Positions 9,015 through 19,568 of a stretch of 45,456 nucleotides of DNA are shown piece by piece. Source of the stretch: a virus (taxonomy: Duplodnaviria > Caudoviricetes); IMG/VR virus record IMGVR_UViG_3300004633_000352, positions 1 to 45,456 of that record. One strand, 5' to 3'. The notes below the pieces were generated by a model that ran no database searches, was not told the DNA's origin, and saw only the letters and a list, made by a program, of their open reading frames with translations. Made by a program: the position numbers and the translations under genes. How positions within the stretch are numbered: position 1 is the first letter of the stretch; each line of letters begins with the position of its first letter.

Positions 9015-9455
9015 ATGCCAGGCGTACTCGGTCCCGCGACAGTCACACCGGCCTCTACCGTCCTGCCAAAGTCCCTCTCCACATCCTTCACCGAGACCCT
9101 GTCATACCCTCTGCTCGCCATCCAATATCACGACGCCACGATCGAGCGGTCGCTCATCACCGACACGGTCAACTCCCCCCGTCCTATCCGCTCCTGGGCC
9201 CTTACCAAGCGCCTGACCATCACGCAACTGGTGGCCCTGCGCAACCACTACGACGCCGTCGATTGCGGGCACCGGCCGTTTTATTTCTACGACCCGCTCG
9301 ATGTCCTGCCCGGCCAGGCCGAAGGCAGTAACTGGGACGGGACGGGGGCGAACACGCAGGGGAGAGTGACGGTTGTCATGATTGGGGACTGGGCGGAGAG
9401 CACTGCGCTGGGGCGGACAGACATACCACAGATACAAATGGTAGAAGTCCTATAA
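9015..9455 (+). CDS. Distal tail / minor tail protein
   Basis: 146 aa right after the tape measure; G..PFYFYDP motif typical of gpM/DUF2460-like proteins. Confidence 0.65.
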   Translation: MPGVLGPATVTPASTVLPKSLSTSFTETLSYPLLAIQYHDATIERSLITDTVNSPRPIRSWALTKRLTITQLVALRNHYDAVDCGHRPFYFYDPLDVLPGQAEGSNWDGTGANTQGRVTVVMIGDWAESTALGRTDIPQIQMVEVL

Positions 9456-9482
9456 CTGCCTACTCGCGGCCTGCTCCGAGAC

Positions 9483-9491
9483 TGTTATACT
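9483..9491 (+). promoter_or_regulatory. Extended -10 promoter for a short terminated RNA
   Basis: TG-T-TATACT. Confidence 0.5.
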
Positions 9492-9527
9492 GAGTTCATA
9501 GACGGCATTAGAACTGCGTTTCCAGCC

Positions 9528-9566
9528 GGGCCGGTAGGTGCTTCGCCACATACCGGCCCTTTTTTT
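9528..9566 (+). terminator. Rho-independent terminator inside the tail operon
   Basis: GGGCCGGTA/TACCGGCCC 9-bp stem followed by T7. Confidence 0.85.
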
Positions 9567-9602
9567 ATCGACTCATAACCCCATTGATAAAATTGACCTT
9601 GA

Positions 9603-12600
9603 GTGCCGACGCCGCCGCCTCCTACACCGCCGGACATGATAGGTCGTATCTCAGTCGCCGTCCCGCCGGCGTCCGGCCTGACCTTCCCATTCGTCACTGA
9701 CTATCCATACGGTATGGACCGCTCCTGGTCCGTCGTAACGCACCGCTTCGGCTCGCGGGCCACGCTCTCGACCCAGCGCTTCCTCGCCGGCATAGGACAG
9801 CGTCGCTTCCACTTCCAGAAAGCGACCATGTCACGGACCGAGCGCCGCCAACTGCTCGACTTCTACGACGCGATCCAGGGTTCGTATCAGACCTTCACCT
9901 ACAACGCCCCGGACCGTGTCGCCTCGACAGATCCGCTCCATCCATTCGCATACACCGAGATCACCACTCCGTATTCGGTCATCTGGGATCAGGCCCCGCT
10001 CTCGATCCGCGACTTGGCCACCATGTGCGCGACCGGCTTCTCGTTCATTGAAGCCGCTGATCCAGCTTCGGCACCTACCTATACCGTCACCTCGATCGTC
10101 ACGCGCTTCCCATCCTCCGGCCTCGCTACAGCCTTGCTCTCCCAGGTGCAGGAGCTGATCCCGCTCGTCGACATCCAGGTTCGCGACTCCTCCGTCCCGG
10201 GCGTTTATTTCAGCGACCGCCGCTGCACCCTCTCCGGCACCGGCCTCACCACCCACACCTACCTGCCGCGTGTGCTAGAGATCGGCGACCCCGGCGGCGA
10301 CGTGCTCATGTCGCAATCGATCTCCGGCCAGGCGGATTCCGTCCGGCTGGTATTCGGCAACGCCGACCGCGCCATCTCCCAGCTTTGTAACGACACATCG
10401 CTCAAGTATGCGGACATCGACATCTGCCTGTTCCATGTGCAGTCACAAACGCTCATCCAGTTGTGGAAGGGAGTCATCCTCGACTGGCAGGTCTCAGGTG
10501 GCCCGACTGTCCCGGTCACCTGCTCGGACGGGCTCTATCCGATCACCCAGCAGTATCCGCGGCGCACGATCAGCAGGCAGTGCTGGAAGACATTCAATGA
10601 CGGCGTAAACTGTCCGTGGTCCTCGACGCCCGGCCACACCGGCAACCCGAGCTCCTGCGACTTCTTCTTTAACTCCGCTAACGGCTGTCTCAGTCACGGC
10701 ATGGACCGTTACTTCGGTGGACATCCCGCGTTCCCGCAGACGGTCGTGATCAAAGATATCGGTGCCTCGAGCTTCTTCAACCAACAATTCGTGGCGAGCA
10801 CCTCGATCATCTCTGACTCGATCTGGGGCAGTCCATTATCCGAGATCTGGGCCAACGACCACGGCAGTCCGCTGAACGCCTTTATGGCCAACGCCGTGGT
10901 AGCCGCAGTGCGCGACGAGAGTACGTGGGAGGACGTGTTGGGCATCATCGGTGTCGGTCCGATCGGCGCCTATGAGGGTATGTCCGTCCAGACTACTACC
11001 GACGGCTACAAGTTCATCGTGTCGCCCATGGCCGATGGCTTTCCACCGCAGGGCTTCCAGGTGGACTCGCAGCTCGTCATCACCGGCTACCGCCCGGACA
11101 TGGGTCTGCGCGAGGTCCCTGGCAATGACCCTGTGTTGGCTGCCACCTCACTGACCAACGGTGCCGACCAGTTCTCTCTAGGGCACGGCACGCCTCAGCA
11201 ATGGGACGTGTACGATCCAACCTTCTCCAATATTCCCGGCATCAGCAACTGGATCTTCCCATATGCGGCCGGCACCGCGTTTGTCGAGCTGCGCTATGCC
11301 AAGGATGCAGGCTCAGGTCTCGCTCCGACCACCGCCGAGTCGCACACCATGGTGGTGCCACTCGCCAAAGGTCTCACCGGCTGGACCTTCAACGCGAGCG
11401 ATACCCGCACCCCTGTCGCCGGCCTGGTCAACCCGTTCTGGGTCGCTGTCAACAGCTACTTCCGCGCGCTCGGGATCCACAATGCTTCGGCCGCCACTCA
11501 ACTTGCTACCATCGTGCGCGACTCGATCTATAAAGGCGACGGCACCGGCTGTGCTGAGATCGCCGACCTGGTCGTGCCGGTCATCTTCGGCAGCGGCACC
11601 GAGATCCAGTTCCAGTTCCAGGGCTCGATCGCCGACTACAAGCCGTTCCGCGACTGGCTGACGGAGATTCTGGCCTGCGCCCTCGGTTACTATTCCTTCG
11701 AGTTCGGCAAGCTTCGGTTAGGCATCCGCGAGAATGCAGGTGCGACCGCCGCCTTCGGCTACGGCAACATGCTCTATCAGTCGTTGTCGATCCAACCGAT
11801 CGAGGCCGAATTCGAATATCTGCGCATGGACTTCGCCAACGTGGCACTGCAGTATCAGTCCGACATGGCGGAATACCAGGACAAGGATCATGCCGCGCAT
11901 TTCGGCCGCGCGGGTGCGCCTCTCACCTCCCGGCAGCGTAGCGTGGGGAGCTCGTCGCTGTCTCAATCCCTTCGCCTGGTCGCTACCCGCGTGCGCGAGG
12001 AGATCGGCGGCATCCTGCGGCCCGACCTCGCGAACCCTTATATCGAGTGGGACAACAACAACCGCGTCACATTCAAGTCGACCATCCTGGCTCTCGACAC
12101 GTATGTCGGCCAGGTCATCGAGGTCACGCACCCGGACCTGCCCACCTACCCCGGCCCGGTCGGCGGCACCCCATTAGCCGACAACACGTGGAAGTTTCGC
12201 ATCGAGAAGTGGACGCTGCATAAGGACTGGTCGGTTACCATCGTGGCCCGCTCGGTCACCGACTCGATGTACAACCTCGATTATGGACCTAAGCCTGCCG
12301 ACATCGCTCCGTCCGCAGTCCCTATCCTCTACTACCCGCAACCGCTCGGGCAGTGGGCCCCGCATAAAGTCCAGGCGGCGAGCAACGACGCTCTCTGGCC
12401 GAACGAGTGGACCTTCGATCTGAGGCAGACGTATCACGGCGCCCGCAACGGTGTGCCGATCTCCGAGGTCCTGGTCACCGGTTGCCTGCCGGTCAACCAG
12501 TTTGTCCCGGGATCCGGCGCGCCCGACGTCAAGAAAGGTCGCATCACGCAGAGCTCTACCGGCGGCTCGCTCCCCGGAGGCACTACCTACTACGTGCAGG

Positions 12601-14108
12601 TCACGGCTCTCGATGCGAGCGGCCGCTCCTCGCCCGCGAGCGAGGTCCTCATTATCCAGATCCCGTCCGGCACCAATACCAACAGCTTCACGCTGAACAA
12701 CATTCTGTGGCCGCGCGTCGACGGTCTGACGAACTACACCGTATTCGCGAGCGATCAGCCAGATCTGGTGTGTCAGCAGGGCGCGGCAGGGGCATTGACA
12801 GGCTCGGTCGCGACGGGTTACTCCCCGCTCGACATCACGATCACTGGACCATTCGAGCGGTCTACATACGGCGTCCCCAATCCGGCACTCGCCGCGGTGC
12901 GGGCGCGCTACAAGCGGCTGATTCACGGCGGCCCGGTCGGCGCGCAGGTCACTGGCATCACGACCTCGAGCATTACAGCCAACGACGCGATCGACTCCGC
13001 CGGCACGGATGACTGGACCGGTCGCGTGCTTAGTATCATCGGCCGCCAGAGCGGCACTGCACCCTTCGCCAACTTCAATATCACCGGCTTTACCACCTCG
13101 ACCGGTGTCTTCACCCTGGACCGCGACCCGATCGCCGCGGGCGTCCAGGTTAACGACATCTTCGTCGTCTGCTTCCTCGGCAACGACAACAGCGCGAACC
13201 CGTACGTGTTCTCGGATCTGGGGTTGAAGAACGCTACTAACCCTATCCCGCACGCCGGCGAGACCGTGAACGACCCGAACCGGATCGGCAACTCCGTGCT
13301 GGTGATCCGCGGCAAGAGTCGCGGCCAGCAGGCCAAGATCGTCAGCAACACGGCAACGTCCTATACGCTCGATCAGCCCATCACGATCGACGCGGGCTCG
13401 GTATGGGTGGTCGCGACGGCCGCATGGAACCTGCCGAGCGATGTGACCTTGTCGAACGCAGACCCCACCAAGTCGACCGACATCGTCATGCTCGTCAGCA
13501 ATTTCGCCAACCTCCCTATCCTGGTCGGGGTGAGTCTCGCCGATCAGAGCGCGGTCGAGTCTCCCGTCGCGAACATGCCGGTCCGCATGTTACACATCGT
13601 AGGCGCGCAGGGCACGCGCAGAACCTATGCCTCGACCATCTGGCTGACGACCGACCGGACGCTGATCTGCGACACCAGCCAGCTCACCAGCACGACCACC
13701 ACACTCTCCTCGCCGATCAACGCATCGACACTCACCATCCCGGTCGTAAGCGGCGCGTCCGTCGTCAACGGTACTTATATACAGGTCGGCTCGGAGCGGA
13801 TGCTGGTCACGGACGGCGCCGGCACATCCACCCTGACCGTCGAAGCTCGCGGCGGCTGGGGCACGACTGCGGCGAGTCATAGCCCGGGGGATACGGTCAA
13901 TATCCCCGCCATCCTCACCGTCACGCTGCTCGCAATCGGCGTCATGCCAGACCAGGAATGCATCGTGACCAAGGAGTCGAATGATCTGAACGTAGTGCAG
14001 GTTCAGGCTGCTACCGGCGACACACTGCCGAACGGCGCCACCAGCCTGCTCTTGCCGGATAACACAGCCGACCGCGGGACGTTATTCCTGCACGCACCAG
14101 GAGCTTGA
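9603..14108 (+). CDS. Large tail tip / hub protein (multi-domain fusion)
   Basis: 1501 aa; N-terminal Dit-like segment, Cys cluster (C..C..C..C..FGG) as in gpL/BR0599-type hubs, host-specificity-like middle, beta-rich C-terminus; TG-A-TAAAAT at 9585-9593 upstream. Confidence 0.8.
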   Translation: MPTPPPPTPPDMIGRISVAVPPASGLTFPFVTDYPYGMDRSWSVVTHRFGSRATLSTQRFLAGIGQRRFHFQKATMSRTERRQLLDFYDAIQGSYQTFTYNAPDRVASTDPLHPFAYTEITTPYSVIWDQAPLSIRDLATMCATGFSFIEAADPASAPTYTVTSIVTRFPSSGLATALLSQVQELIPLVDIQVRDSSVPGVYFSDRRCTLSGTGLTTHTYLPRVLEIGDPGGDVLMSQSISGQADSVRLVFGNADRAISQLCNDTSLKYADIDICLFHVQSQTLIQLWKGVILDWQVSGGPTVPVTCSDGLYPITQQYPRRTISRQCWKTFNDGVNCPWSSTPGHTGNPSSCDFFFNSANGCLSHGMDRYFGGHPAFPQTVVIKDIGASSFFNQQFVASTSIISDSIWGSPLSEIWANDHGSPLNAFMANAVVAAVRDESTWEDVLGIIGVGPIGAYEGMSVQTTTDGYKFIVSPMADGFPPQGFQVDSQLVITGYRPDMGLREVPGNDPVLAATSLTNGADQFSLGHGTPQQWDVYDPTFSNIPGISNWIFPYAAGTAFVELRYAKDAGSGLAPTTAESHTMVVPLAKGLTGWTFNASDTRTPVAGLVNPFWVAVNSYFRALGIHNASAATQLATIVRDSIYKGDGTGCAEIADLVVPVIFGSGTEIQFQFQGSIADYKPFRDWLTEILACALGYYSFEFGKLRLGIRENAGATAAFGYGNMLYQSLSIQPIEAEFEYLRMDFANVALQYQSDMAEYQDKDHAAHFGRAGAPLTSRQRSVGSSSLSQSLRLVATRVREEIGGILRPDLANPYIEWDNNNRVTFKSTILALDTYVGQVIEVTHPDLPTYPGPVGGTPLADNTWKFRIEKWTLHKDWSVTIVARSVTDSMYNLDYGPKPADIAPSAVPILYYPQPLGQWAPHKVQAASNDALWPNEWTFDLRQTYHGARNGVPISEVLVTGCLPVNQFVPGSGAPDVKKGRITQSSTGGSLPGGTTYYVQVTALDASGRSSPASEVLIIQIPSGTNTNSFTLNNILWPRVDGLTNYTVFASDQPDLVCQQGAAGALTGSVATGYSPLDITITGPFERSTYGVPNPALAAVRARYKRLIHGGPVGAQVTGITTSSITANDAIDSAGTDDWTGRVLSIIGRQSGTAPFANFNITGFTTSTGVFTLDRDPIAAGVQVNDIFVVCFLGNDNSANPYVFSDLGLKNATNPIPHAGETVNDPNRIGNSVLVIRGKSRGQQAKIVSNTATSYTLDQPITIDAGSVWVVATAAWNLPSDVTLSNADPTKSTDIVMLVSNFANLPILVGVSLADQSAVESPVANMPVRMLHIVGAQGTRRTYASTIWLTTDRTLICDTSQLTSTTTTLSSPINASTLTIPVVSGASVVNGTYIQVGSERMLVTDGAGTSTLTVEARGGWGTTAASHSPGDTVNIPAILTVTLLAIGVMPDQECIVTKESNDLNVVQVQAATGDTLPNGATSLLLPDNTADRGTLFLHAPGA

Positions 14109-14335
14109 AGGAAATGATGCCGACAAATACTGATCCTCCCGAAGCGGAAGTCGTTCTCCTCCCCCGGAGACGGTTATGGAAGGTCCTGCGATGCCCTTAT
14201 TGCGGAAAGGCGCATTATCACGGAGCGGGAGAGCGCAAGAGCGATCCGCGCAAATTCCTGGGTCACCGTGTGGCGCATTGTATGGACATTTCGCTCAAGG
14301 GCTACGTCTTGGTGGAGCGGTCTCCAGGAGCCTGA
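14105..14335 (+). CDS. Small zinc-finger-like hypothetical protein
   Basis: CPYCGKAHYHG...HRVAHC; basic protein inserted between tail genes. Confidence 0.6.
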   Translation: MKEMMPTNTDPPEAEVVLLPRRRLWKVLRCPYCGKAHYHGAGERKSDPRKFLGHRVAHCMDISLKGYVLVERSPGA

Positions 14336-14349
14336 CAGGAGCCTGATCT

Positions 14350-16677
14350 ATGGCCAGATGGATCCAACTCACAGGTACGGGCGCGGCAGGCCTCCCGGGC
14401 ACGCCCGGCCCTCCCGGTCCATCCGGCGGTCTCGGCACACCCGCCCCGAACATCCTCTCCGCCACGCTCACGGTCACCTACGAGCCATGGGCCAGCCTGT
14501 ACCAGTTCCGTTTCAGTGGCACGATCACTCTGCCTACGGCCGACCCCCACTACGCCGAGCTCACCGAGATTCACGTCGAGGCCTACCGTACGGCGGACGG
14601 CACAGGGCGCGTCACGATCGCCATCCTGAAGCGCGCCGACTGGGGCTTGGCCACGACCGTCGACTACACCGGTCCGGTCGCAGTGCAACCCGACGCGGAC
14701 GAGAATTGGTCCTGCGACTTCGTCTCGTACAACACAGGCTTCACGCCCACCGCGCCTCCGTACACGATCACGCCCATCCTGATCCACTCCGCGGGTATCC
14801 TCTCTGTGTCCGGCGTCGAGGTCGGCCCGCACTATCAGGACCCTGCCACGCAGGGCCTGCACACGGTCATAGGGCTGGGCGCGGTCCTGACCACTCCCTC
14901 CGTCCCGGCTAACGTCACGTTCTGGGTCAAGTATGGTAGCGCCGACTGGGTACGCCAAGGTGTGTGGCTGCTCGAGACGGTAGGCCAGCTTATCCTGATC
15001 GGCCAGAAGGACGGCGCCACGGTCGGGACCATCTGGGTGCCGACCTCCTCGGCGAAGAGCACCTGGTATGTCGCCGGCGCGCTCGGCAACGTCACTTCCG
15101 TCGATCCTCCGGCTGGTGCTCCGACAGCAACATTCACCGTCGCGTCTGTACTGCCCCCTACGCCCAACGACATCACCAACGCGCAGTTCTTCCCGTCGCC
15201 CGCGACCGGCGACATCCTGCAGTATTACCACGACGATACCGGTACCTGGTGGTGGGACTTTTACGACCTCGAGTGGTTGCAACCGGAGCTCTCAGTCGAT
15301 AGCGACTACTGGTTCAGCTTCGTTTCGCTCAAGCGCGGGTACGTGGATGGTTCAGGTGTGTGGAACCCGTCGGCGGCCAATGATCCCGAGACACCCGACG
15401 ACGATCTCGATCTCTATATCGGCCATAAGATGACCGACTCGGGCCAGATCCAGGGCGGCCGCTCTATCCCCGGATCGACCATCGTGCTTAAAGGGGACAG
15501 CCCGGCGGACTGGCCCATGCCACCCGAGAAGAACTTGGACGGCTCGCCTAAGTTAGACCGCACCTGGCGGTTCTACATCTATGCGGTCTCACGCCTTGGC
15601 TCCGATGAGGATGGGAGCGCGGATGCGGCCGCGGCTATCGTCCTGCAGCACTGCTGGCCGGGCGGGGCGGACCATTTCGACGTGACACCCTCGATCCAAC
15701 CCGCCGCGCAGAATCTGAACCGCATCAATCCGATCACCTCGGCCAAGGCGATCCCTGAGTCGGTCCTGGCTGACAATGCGGCGAGCGCGCGGGTGTTAGC
15801 TAGCTCGTCTGTCACCTTCGCTAATGCGGCTCTGGGTGCCAACGCGGTAGTCGATAGCAACGTCGCTACGACCTCGATCGGCAAGCTCATCCCCGGCACG
15901 GTCGTCTTCAATGGCGACGTCTCACTCGCGCGCGGCAATGGTCAGGCAGTGTTGACCATGAACAATGCCGGCCTCTACCTGTTCTCCGCCGCGTCCGCGG
16001 CCGGCAGCGGCGTGACACCGGGAGTCGCCGGCAGTCCGAGCTATACCGCCACCGGCCTTACCTCGCAGCCATACGTTGGCATCCAGGCTAGCGGGATCGG
16101 CGTGTTTCAGTCGGCGACCGGCCCGTCCGTCGTTACCACCGGCACCTCGGTCGTGCTCTATGCGGTCAATGGCAGTCTGCTCAACCCGTACTGCGCAATC
16201 GCGAACACCGGCATCAAGCTCCGAAACGGCGACCAGTCTCTCATGATGAATGCCGGCGTCATTCAGATCTGGTCGAAGGACGGCGACAATACCAAGCCGG
16301 TCATCAGTATCGATTCGACCTCGGTGACGATCCAGAACGGTACGAACCAATTGGTTGCCACCGCGAGCGACGTCAGACTGCTCGCCGGTAGTTCATCGAT
16401 CATTTTTAACAGCGCAGGTGTAGCGGAATTCATAGCCGCGGGCGGCACCAGCAACACGATCATTCTGGGCGGAGACATCATCACGGTGAATGTGAGCGCG
16501 AGCAAGGTGTCTGTCAATACCGGCGGCGCGGTGAACGTGGATCCGTTTGATCTGACTTGTTACACCTACGCTACGGCATCGTCGTCTGGATCCATTACGA
16601 TGCCAACTCACGTGGCTGGATTTATCCAGTTCACGATCAACGGTAGTCACTATAAGATCCCATACGTAAACCCTTAG
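14350..16677 (+). CDS. Tail fibre / tail protein
   Basis: 775 aa, short collagen-like GXY N-terminus, beta-helix-like C-terminal half ending KIPY. Confidence 0.75.
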   Translation: MARWIQLTGTGAAGLPGTPGPPGPSGGLGTPAPNILSATLTVTYEPWASLYQFRFSGTITLPTADPHYAELTEIHVEAYRTADGTGRVTIAILKRADWGLATTVDYTGPVAVQPDADENWSCDFVSYNTGFTPTAPPYTITPILIHSAGILSVSGVEVGPHYQDPATQGLHTVIGLGAVLTTPSVPANVTFWVKYGSADWVRQGVWLLETVGQLILIGQKDGATVGTIWVPTSSAKSTWYVAGALGNVTSVDPPAGAPTATFTVASVLPPTPNDITNAQFFPSPATGDILQYYHDDTGTWWWDFYDLEWLQPELSVDSDYWFSFVSLKRGYVDGSGVWNPSAANDPETPDDDLDLYIGHKMTDSGQIQGGRSIPGSTIVLKGDSPADWPMPPEKNLDGSPKLDRTWRFYIYAVSRLGSDEDGSADAAAAIVLQHCWPGGADHFDVTPSIQPAAQNLNRINPITSAKAIPESVLADNAASARVLASSSVTFANAALGANAVVDSNVATTSIGKLIPGTVVFNGDVSLARGNGQAVLTMNNAGLYLFSAASAAGSGVTPGVAGSPSYTATGLTSQPYVGIQASGIGVFQSATGPSVVTTGTSVVLYAVNGSLLNPYCAIANTGIKLRNGDQSLMMNAGVIQIWSKDGDNTKPVISIDSTSVTIQNGTNQLVATASDVRLLAGSSSIIFNSAGVAEFIAAGGTSNTIILGGDIITVNVSASKVSVNTGGAVNVDPFDLTCYTYATASSSGSITMPTHVAGFIQFTINGSHYKIPYVNP

Positions 16678-16686
16678 GGAGGAGTT

Positions 16687-16920
16687 ATGATAACGGTCCT
16701 TTTCAACGAGCATGAGCGGCGAGTGATCGACCGCGCCTGGCAGAAGTATATGGACGTGCTCGACGTCATCCGCCAGCTCCACGAGCCGGATTTAACGGGC
16801 GCTCTCAGTGTGCGGGTCAGCGATGATCGCAGCGGGTTTGTCGTAGATGAGATCGTGGATGAGAGCCCTGTCGATAGTCGCTGGGTAGATCCTGATATGC
16901 GACGTGAGATCCGAGGTTAA
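16687..16920 (+). CDS. Hypothetical protein (possible fibre chaperone)
   Basis: Strong SD GGGAGGAG; lies between two fibre genes. Confidence 0.6.
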   Translation: MITVLFNEHERRVIDRAWQKYMDVLDVIRQLHEPDLTGALSVRVSDDRSGFVVDEIVDESPVDSRWVDPDMRREIRG

Positions 16921-16922
16921 CC

Positions 16923-18542
16923 ATGCCTACTTCGAACCCTATCGTCAAGATCTCCTCCGGTCCGGGCTATGGGTCCAGTTCCACCTCCTCGGTCACCATC
17001 GGCACCGGCAGCAAGTCCTTCTCGGTCCCGCCTGGTCTCGCTTACTCCGCCGGCGCCAGGGTGCGGGTCTGGTACGACGCCACCCACTACATGGAGGGCC
17101 AGGTCACCTCCTACGGCGGGACCACGCTCACGATCAACGCGGACACGGCAGTCGGCACAGGCACCTACTCGGTGTGGACCGTCAATCTGGCCGGCGAGAC
17201 GGGCTCGACAGGTCCTGCCGGCCCGACTGGCCCTGGCTATCTCGCGACGTCCACCACGTCCGTGTCGATCGCGACGGGAACGAAAACCTTCACCACTCAG
17301 ACCGGCCTGGCGTACGCCGCCGGTGTCCGTGCCCGCGCCTTCTCCGCGAGCGACTCGACCAAGTGGATGGAGGGCGTCGTCTCGTCTTACTCCGGCACTA
17401 CGCTCACCATCAACGTGGACGCGATCTCTACCGGCAGCACAGGTCCTTATAGCGACTGGACCTTCACGGTGACGGGCCAGCAAGGCGCACAAGGTATCCA
17501 AGGCCTTCCTGGCGCCGGCGCGCAGACGCCCTGGATCAGCAACATAGACGCCGCCGGATACAAGCTGGGGAACGCGGGCGACGTCGGCATCGGAGTGGCC
17601 GTAGGAGCGAACACATACCGCTTCGAAGTGCGTGGCGGCTTCTCGCTCATCGGCGGTTATAACTCAGGCCCGATCGTCCCACCAAGCCATGCCGGCGGAG
17701 GAATGATCGCTGGCTGGAACCGTTCAGGCGGTCAGGCCGAAGTCAATCTCTATAACGCTTATGACAACCCCGGTGTCGCATTCCAGTTCTCCGCGAAGAC
17801 CGGAGCGTCTACTTATAGAGACCTGATGACGCTCGCGGGCGACGGCAAGGTCGGCATCGGCACCACGAGCCCGTCCGAGCTCCTCGAGGTGGAGGGCAAC
17901 TGCCTGCTCAAGGCGGCCCAGCCGACACTCAAGTGGCAGCTTGCGAGCGGTGCCACCGCCTACGTCCCGTCTATCTATATCGATACCACTCCACACCTGA
18001 TCATCAACAGCCCATCCGGCGGCGGCCAGGTCATCATTGCCATCAACGGCTCCGGCAAGGTCAATGTCGCGCAATCGGGTAAGGTCGGGATCAATCAGGG
18101 CTCGCCGGCGTATCAGCTCGACGTAAACGGCGACATCAATATCAGCGCGGGCAGCTCGTTTCGCGTCAACGGCACGCCCATCAGTACGTCGGGCGGAGTC
18201 ACGACCCAGACTATCTACGGTCCAGCCACCCGCGTCCTCGGCACGCCATACCCGAATGCAAGCGGCAGGCCGATGTTCGTCACGGTTGCGGTGGGCGTGA
18301 GCGGCGGCGCGAGCGGCATGAGCGGAGGCCTGCAGGTGCAGACGGATGCGACGGCCAACCCGTCGGGCACGGCCGTCATGGTAGCTTTGGCGCCGACCAC
18401 GGGCGGCGGAGGCGGGGGAACGGTCATCGTGAGCGCGTCGTTCTGGGTGTTGACCGGGAACTATTACAAGGTCAGTGCGAACGCGTCCGGTACCGGGACC
18501 GCGCCGACGGTAACGATGCAGGTGCTGACCGAGTGGACTTAG
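16923..18542 (+). CDS. Tail fibre / receptor-binding protein
   Basis: Two tandem ~75-aa domains each followed by collagen GXY, then GxVGI repeats and a distinct C-terminal tip. Confidence 0.8.
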   Translation: MPTSNPIVKISSGPGYGSSSTSSVTIGTGSKSFSVPPGLAYSAGARVRVWYDATHYMEGQVTSYGGTTLTINADTAVGTGTYSVWTVNLAGETGSTGPAGPTGPGYLATSTTSVSIATGTKTFTTQTGLAYAAGVRARAFSASDSTKWMEGVVSSYSGTTLTINVDAISTGSTGPYSDWTFTVTGQQGAQGIQGLPGAGAQTPWISNIDAAGYKLGNAGDVGIGVAVGANTYRFEVRGGFSLIGGYNSGPIVPPSHAGGGMIAGWNRSGGQAEVNLYNAYDNPGVAFQFSAKTGASTYRDLMTLAGDGKVGIGTTSPSELLEVEGNCLLKAAQPTLKWQLASGATAYVPSIYIDTTPHLIINSPSGGGQVIIAINGSGKVNVAQSGKVGINQGSPAYQLDVNGDINISAGSSFRVNGTPISTSGGVTTQTIYGPATRVLGTPYPNASGRPMFVTVAVGVSGGASGMSGGLQVQTDATANPSGTAVMVALAPTTGGGGGGTVIVSASFWVLTGNYYKVSANASGTGTAPTVTMQVLTEWT

Positions 18543-18570
18543 TGGACTTGGTAGAACAGGAGAGTAACCT

Positions 18571-18858
18571 ATGACGTATCAGGAATCCGCCGACCTCATG
18601 ACTGATCAGCAGTTCCGCGGCCGCATCAAGGTCGCCGCGCTCACCTACGCCGCCTACATTCTGGGCGAGGCACCGGGCGCGGCCGCCCACAACTCGCGCT
18701 ACAAATGGGCGCAGGCCACATACCTGGCACCGGACCAGACCGCCGGGCAGCTCCAGCCGGCTGTCGTCATGGAACCCCTGGTGCAGACCAACAGCTCGGC
18801 GGTGACCGATGCGGACCTGCAGACATCGGTCGAGGCGGTGGTCAACATGATCATTTAG
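18571..18858 (+). CDS. Small protein after the fibre gene (putative fibre assembly protein)
   Basis: SD AGGAG; 95 aa; N-terminus paralogous to ORF 22129-22404. Confidence 0.65.
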   Translation: MTYQESADLMTDQQFRGRIKVAALTYAAYILGEAPGAAAHNSRYKWAQATYLAPDQTAGQLQPAVVMEPLVQTNSSAVTDADLQTSVEAVVNMII

Positions 18859-19045
18859 ATTTAGGTTTAGGACGCAGTTTCGCGACCGGCAGGTTGAACA
18901 GGAACGGCCTGACATCGCGCGGATCGATGCCGCTCAACGCGCCTGCCAATACCTCCATCGGACCCATCGTCTTCACCCACGATGGGTCGAGCTCCCACTC
19001 GTGGTCCGCGCCGGCGATCCGGTCCATGATCTCTTTGATCGTCAT
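18851..19045 (-). CDS. Hypothetical protein (64 aa)
   Basis: ATGA overlap with the upstream - strand gene; MTIKEIMDRI... Confidence 0.5.
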   Translation of the reverse strand: MTIKEIMDRIAGADHEWELDPSWVKTMGPMEVLAGALSGIDPRDVRPFLFNLPVAKLRPKPKSK

Positions 19046-19341
19046 TCTGCCTTCCCTCCGGGCTTCCCTCCGGGCTTCCCTTCTGGTTTCCCTTCTGGTT
19101 TCCCTTCGATCTCGATCTCGTAGTAGTCGCCCCATATGCTCTTCACGGCTCCGTGCAGGTAGTCGAGCGTGAGCGGCAGGCCGGCCGCTATCGTACCTCC
19201 ATTCGCCAACCGCGCGGGCTCCTCCAGTATGATGGCGATCGCCTGCGTGTGTCCGCCTCCGTCCGCACTGACCACGCGGGCGCGCGTCCACTCCTCGCTG
19301 CCGACGAGGCGCACACGTATTCTGTCGTTAGGTTTGGGCAT
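19042..19341 (-). CDS. Hypothetical protein with (E/G)GKP tandem tail
   Basis: MPKPNDRIRV...; C-terminus encoded by 12-nt tandem repeats. Confidence 0.55.
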   Translation of the reverse strand: MPKPNDRIRVRLVGSEEWTRARVVSADGGGHTQAIAIILEEPARLANGGTIAAGLPLTLDYLHGAVKSIWGDYYEIEIEGKPEGKPEGKPGGKPGGKAE

Positions 19342-19398
19342 AGGCACGGAAAAGATATGATTATCCGCGGAGACCAAAAGGTTACTAGGGGCATTGTG

Positions 19399-19568
19399 AA
19401 AAGTAAGTTGGTATGTAGAATGACATATACGGCGCTCGGTTGTAGTCGCTTACTTACTTTTTGGGGCACTGGACCTGTGCAGGCTGGACGATATGGGGCA
19501 ACCGGACGCCAGCACGCGGCGATGTAGGGAGTTGCCCTGAATTGCGATCCGGTATTAACCCCATATCG
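19399..19568. ncRNA. Candidate structured non-coding element
   Basis: AAAAGTAAGT/ACTTACTTTT inverted repeat (19399-19408, 19452-19461) and an 80-nt multi-stem hairpin (19489-19568). Confidence 0.4.

Noticed and set aside
16923-18542. Diversity-generating retroelement targeting the fibre
   Set aside because: No reverse transcriptase and no adenine-variant template repeat seen; the internal repeats are old domain duplications
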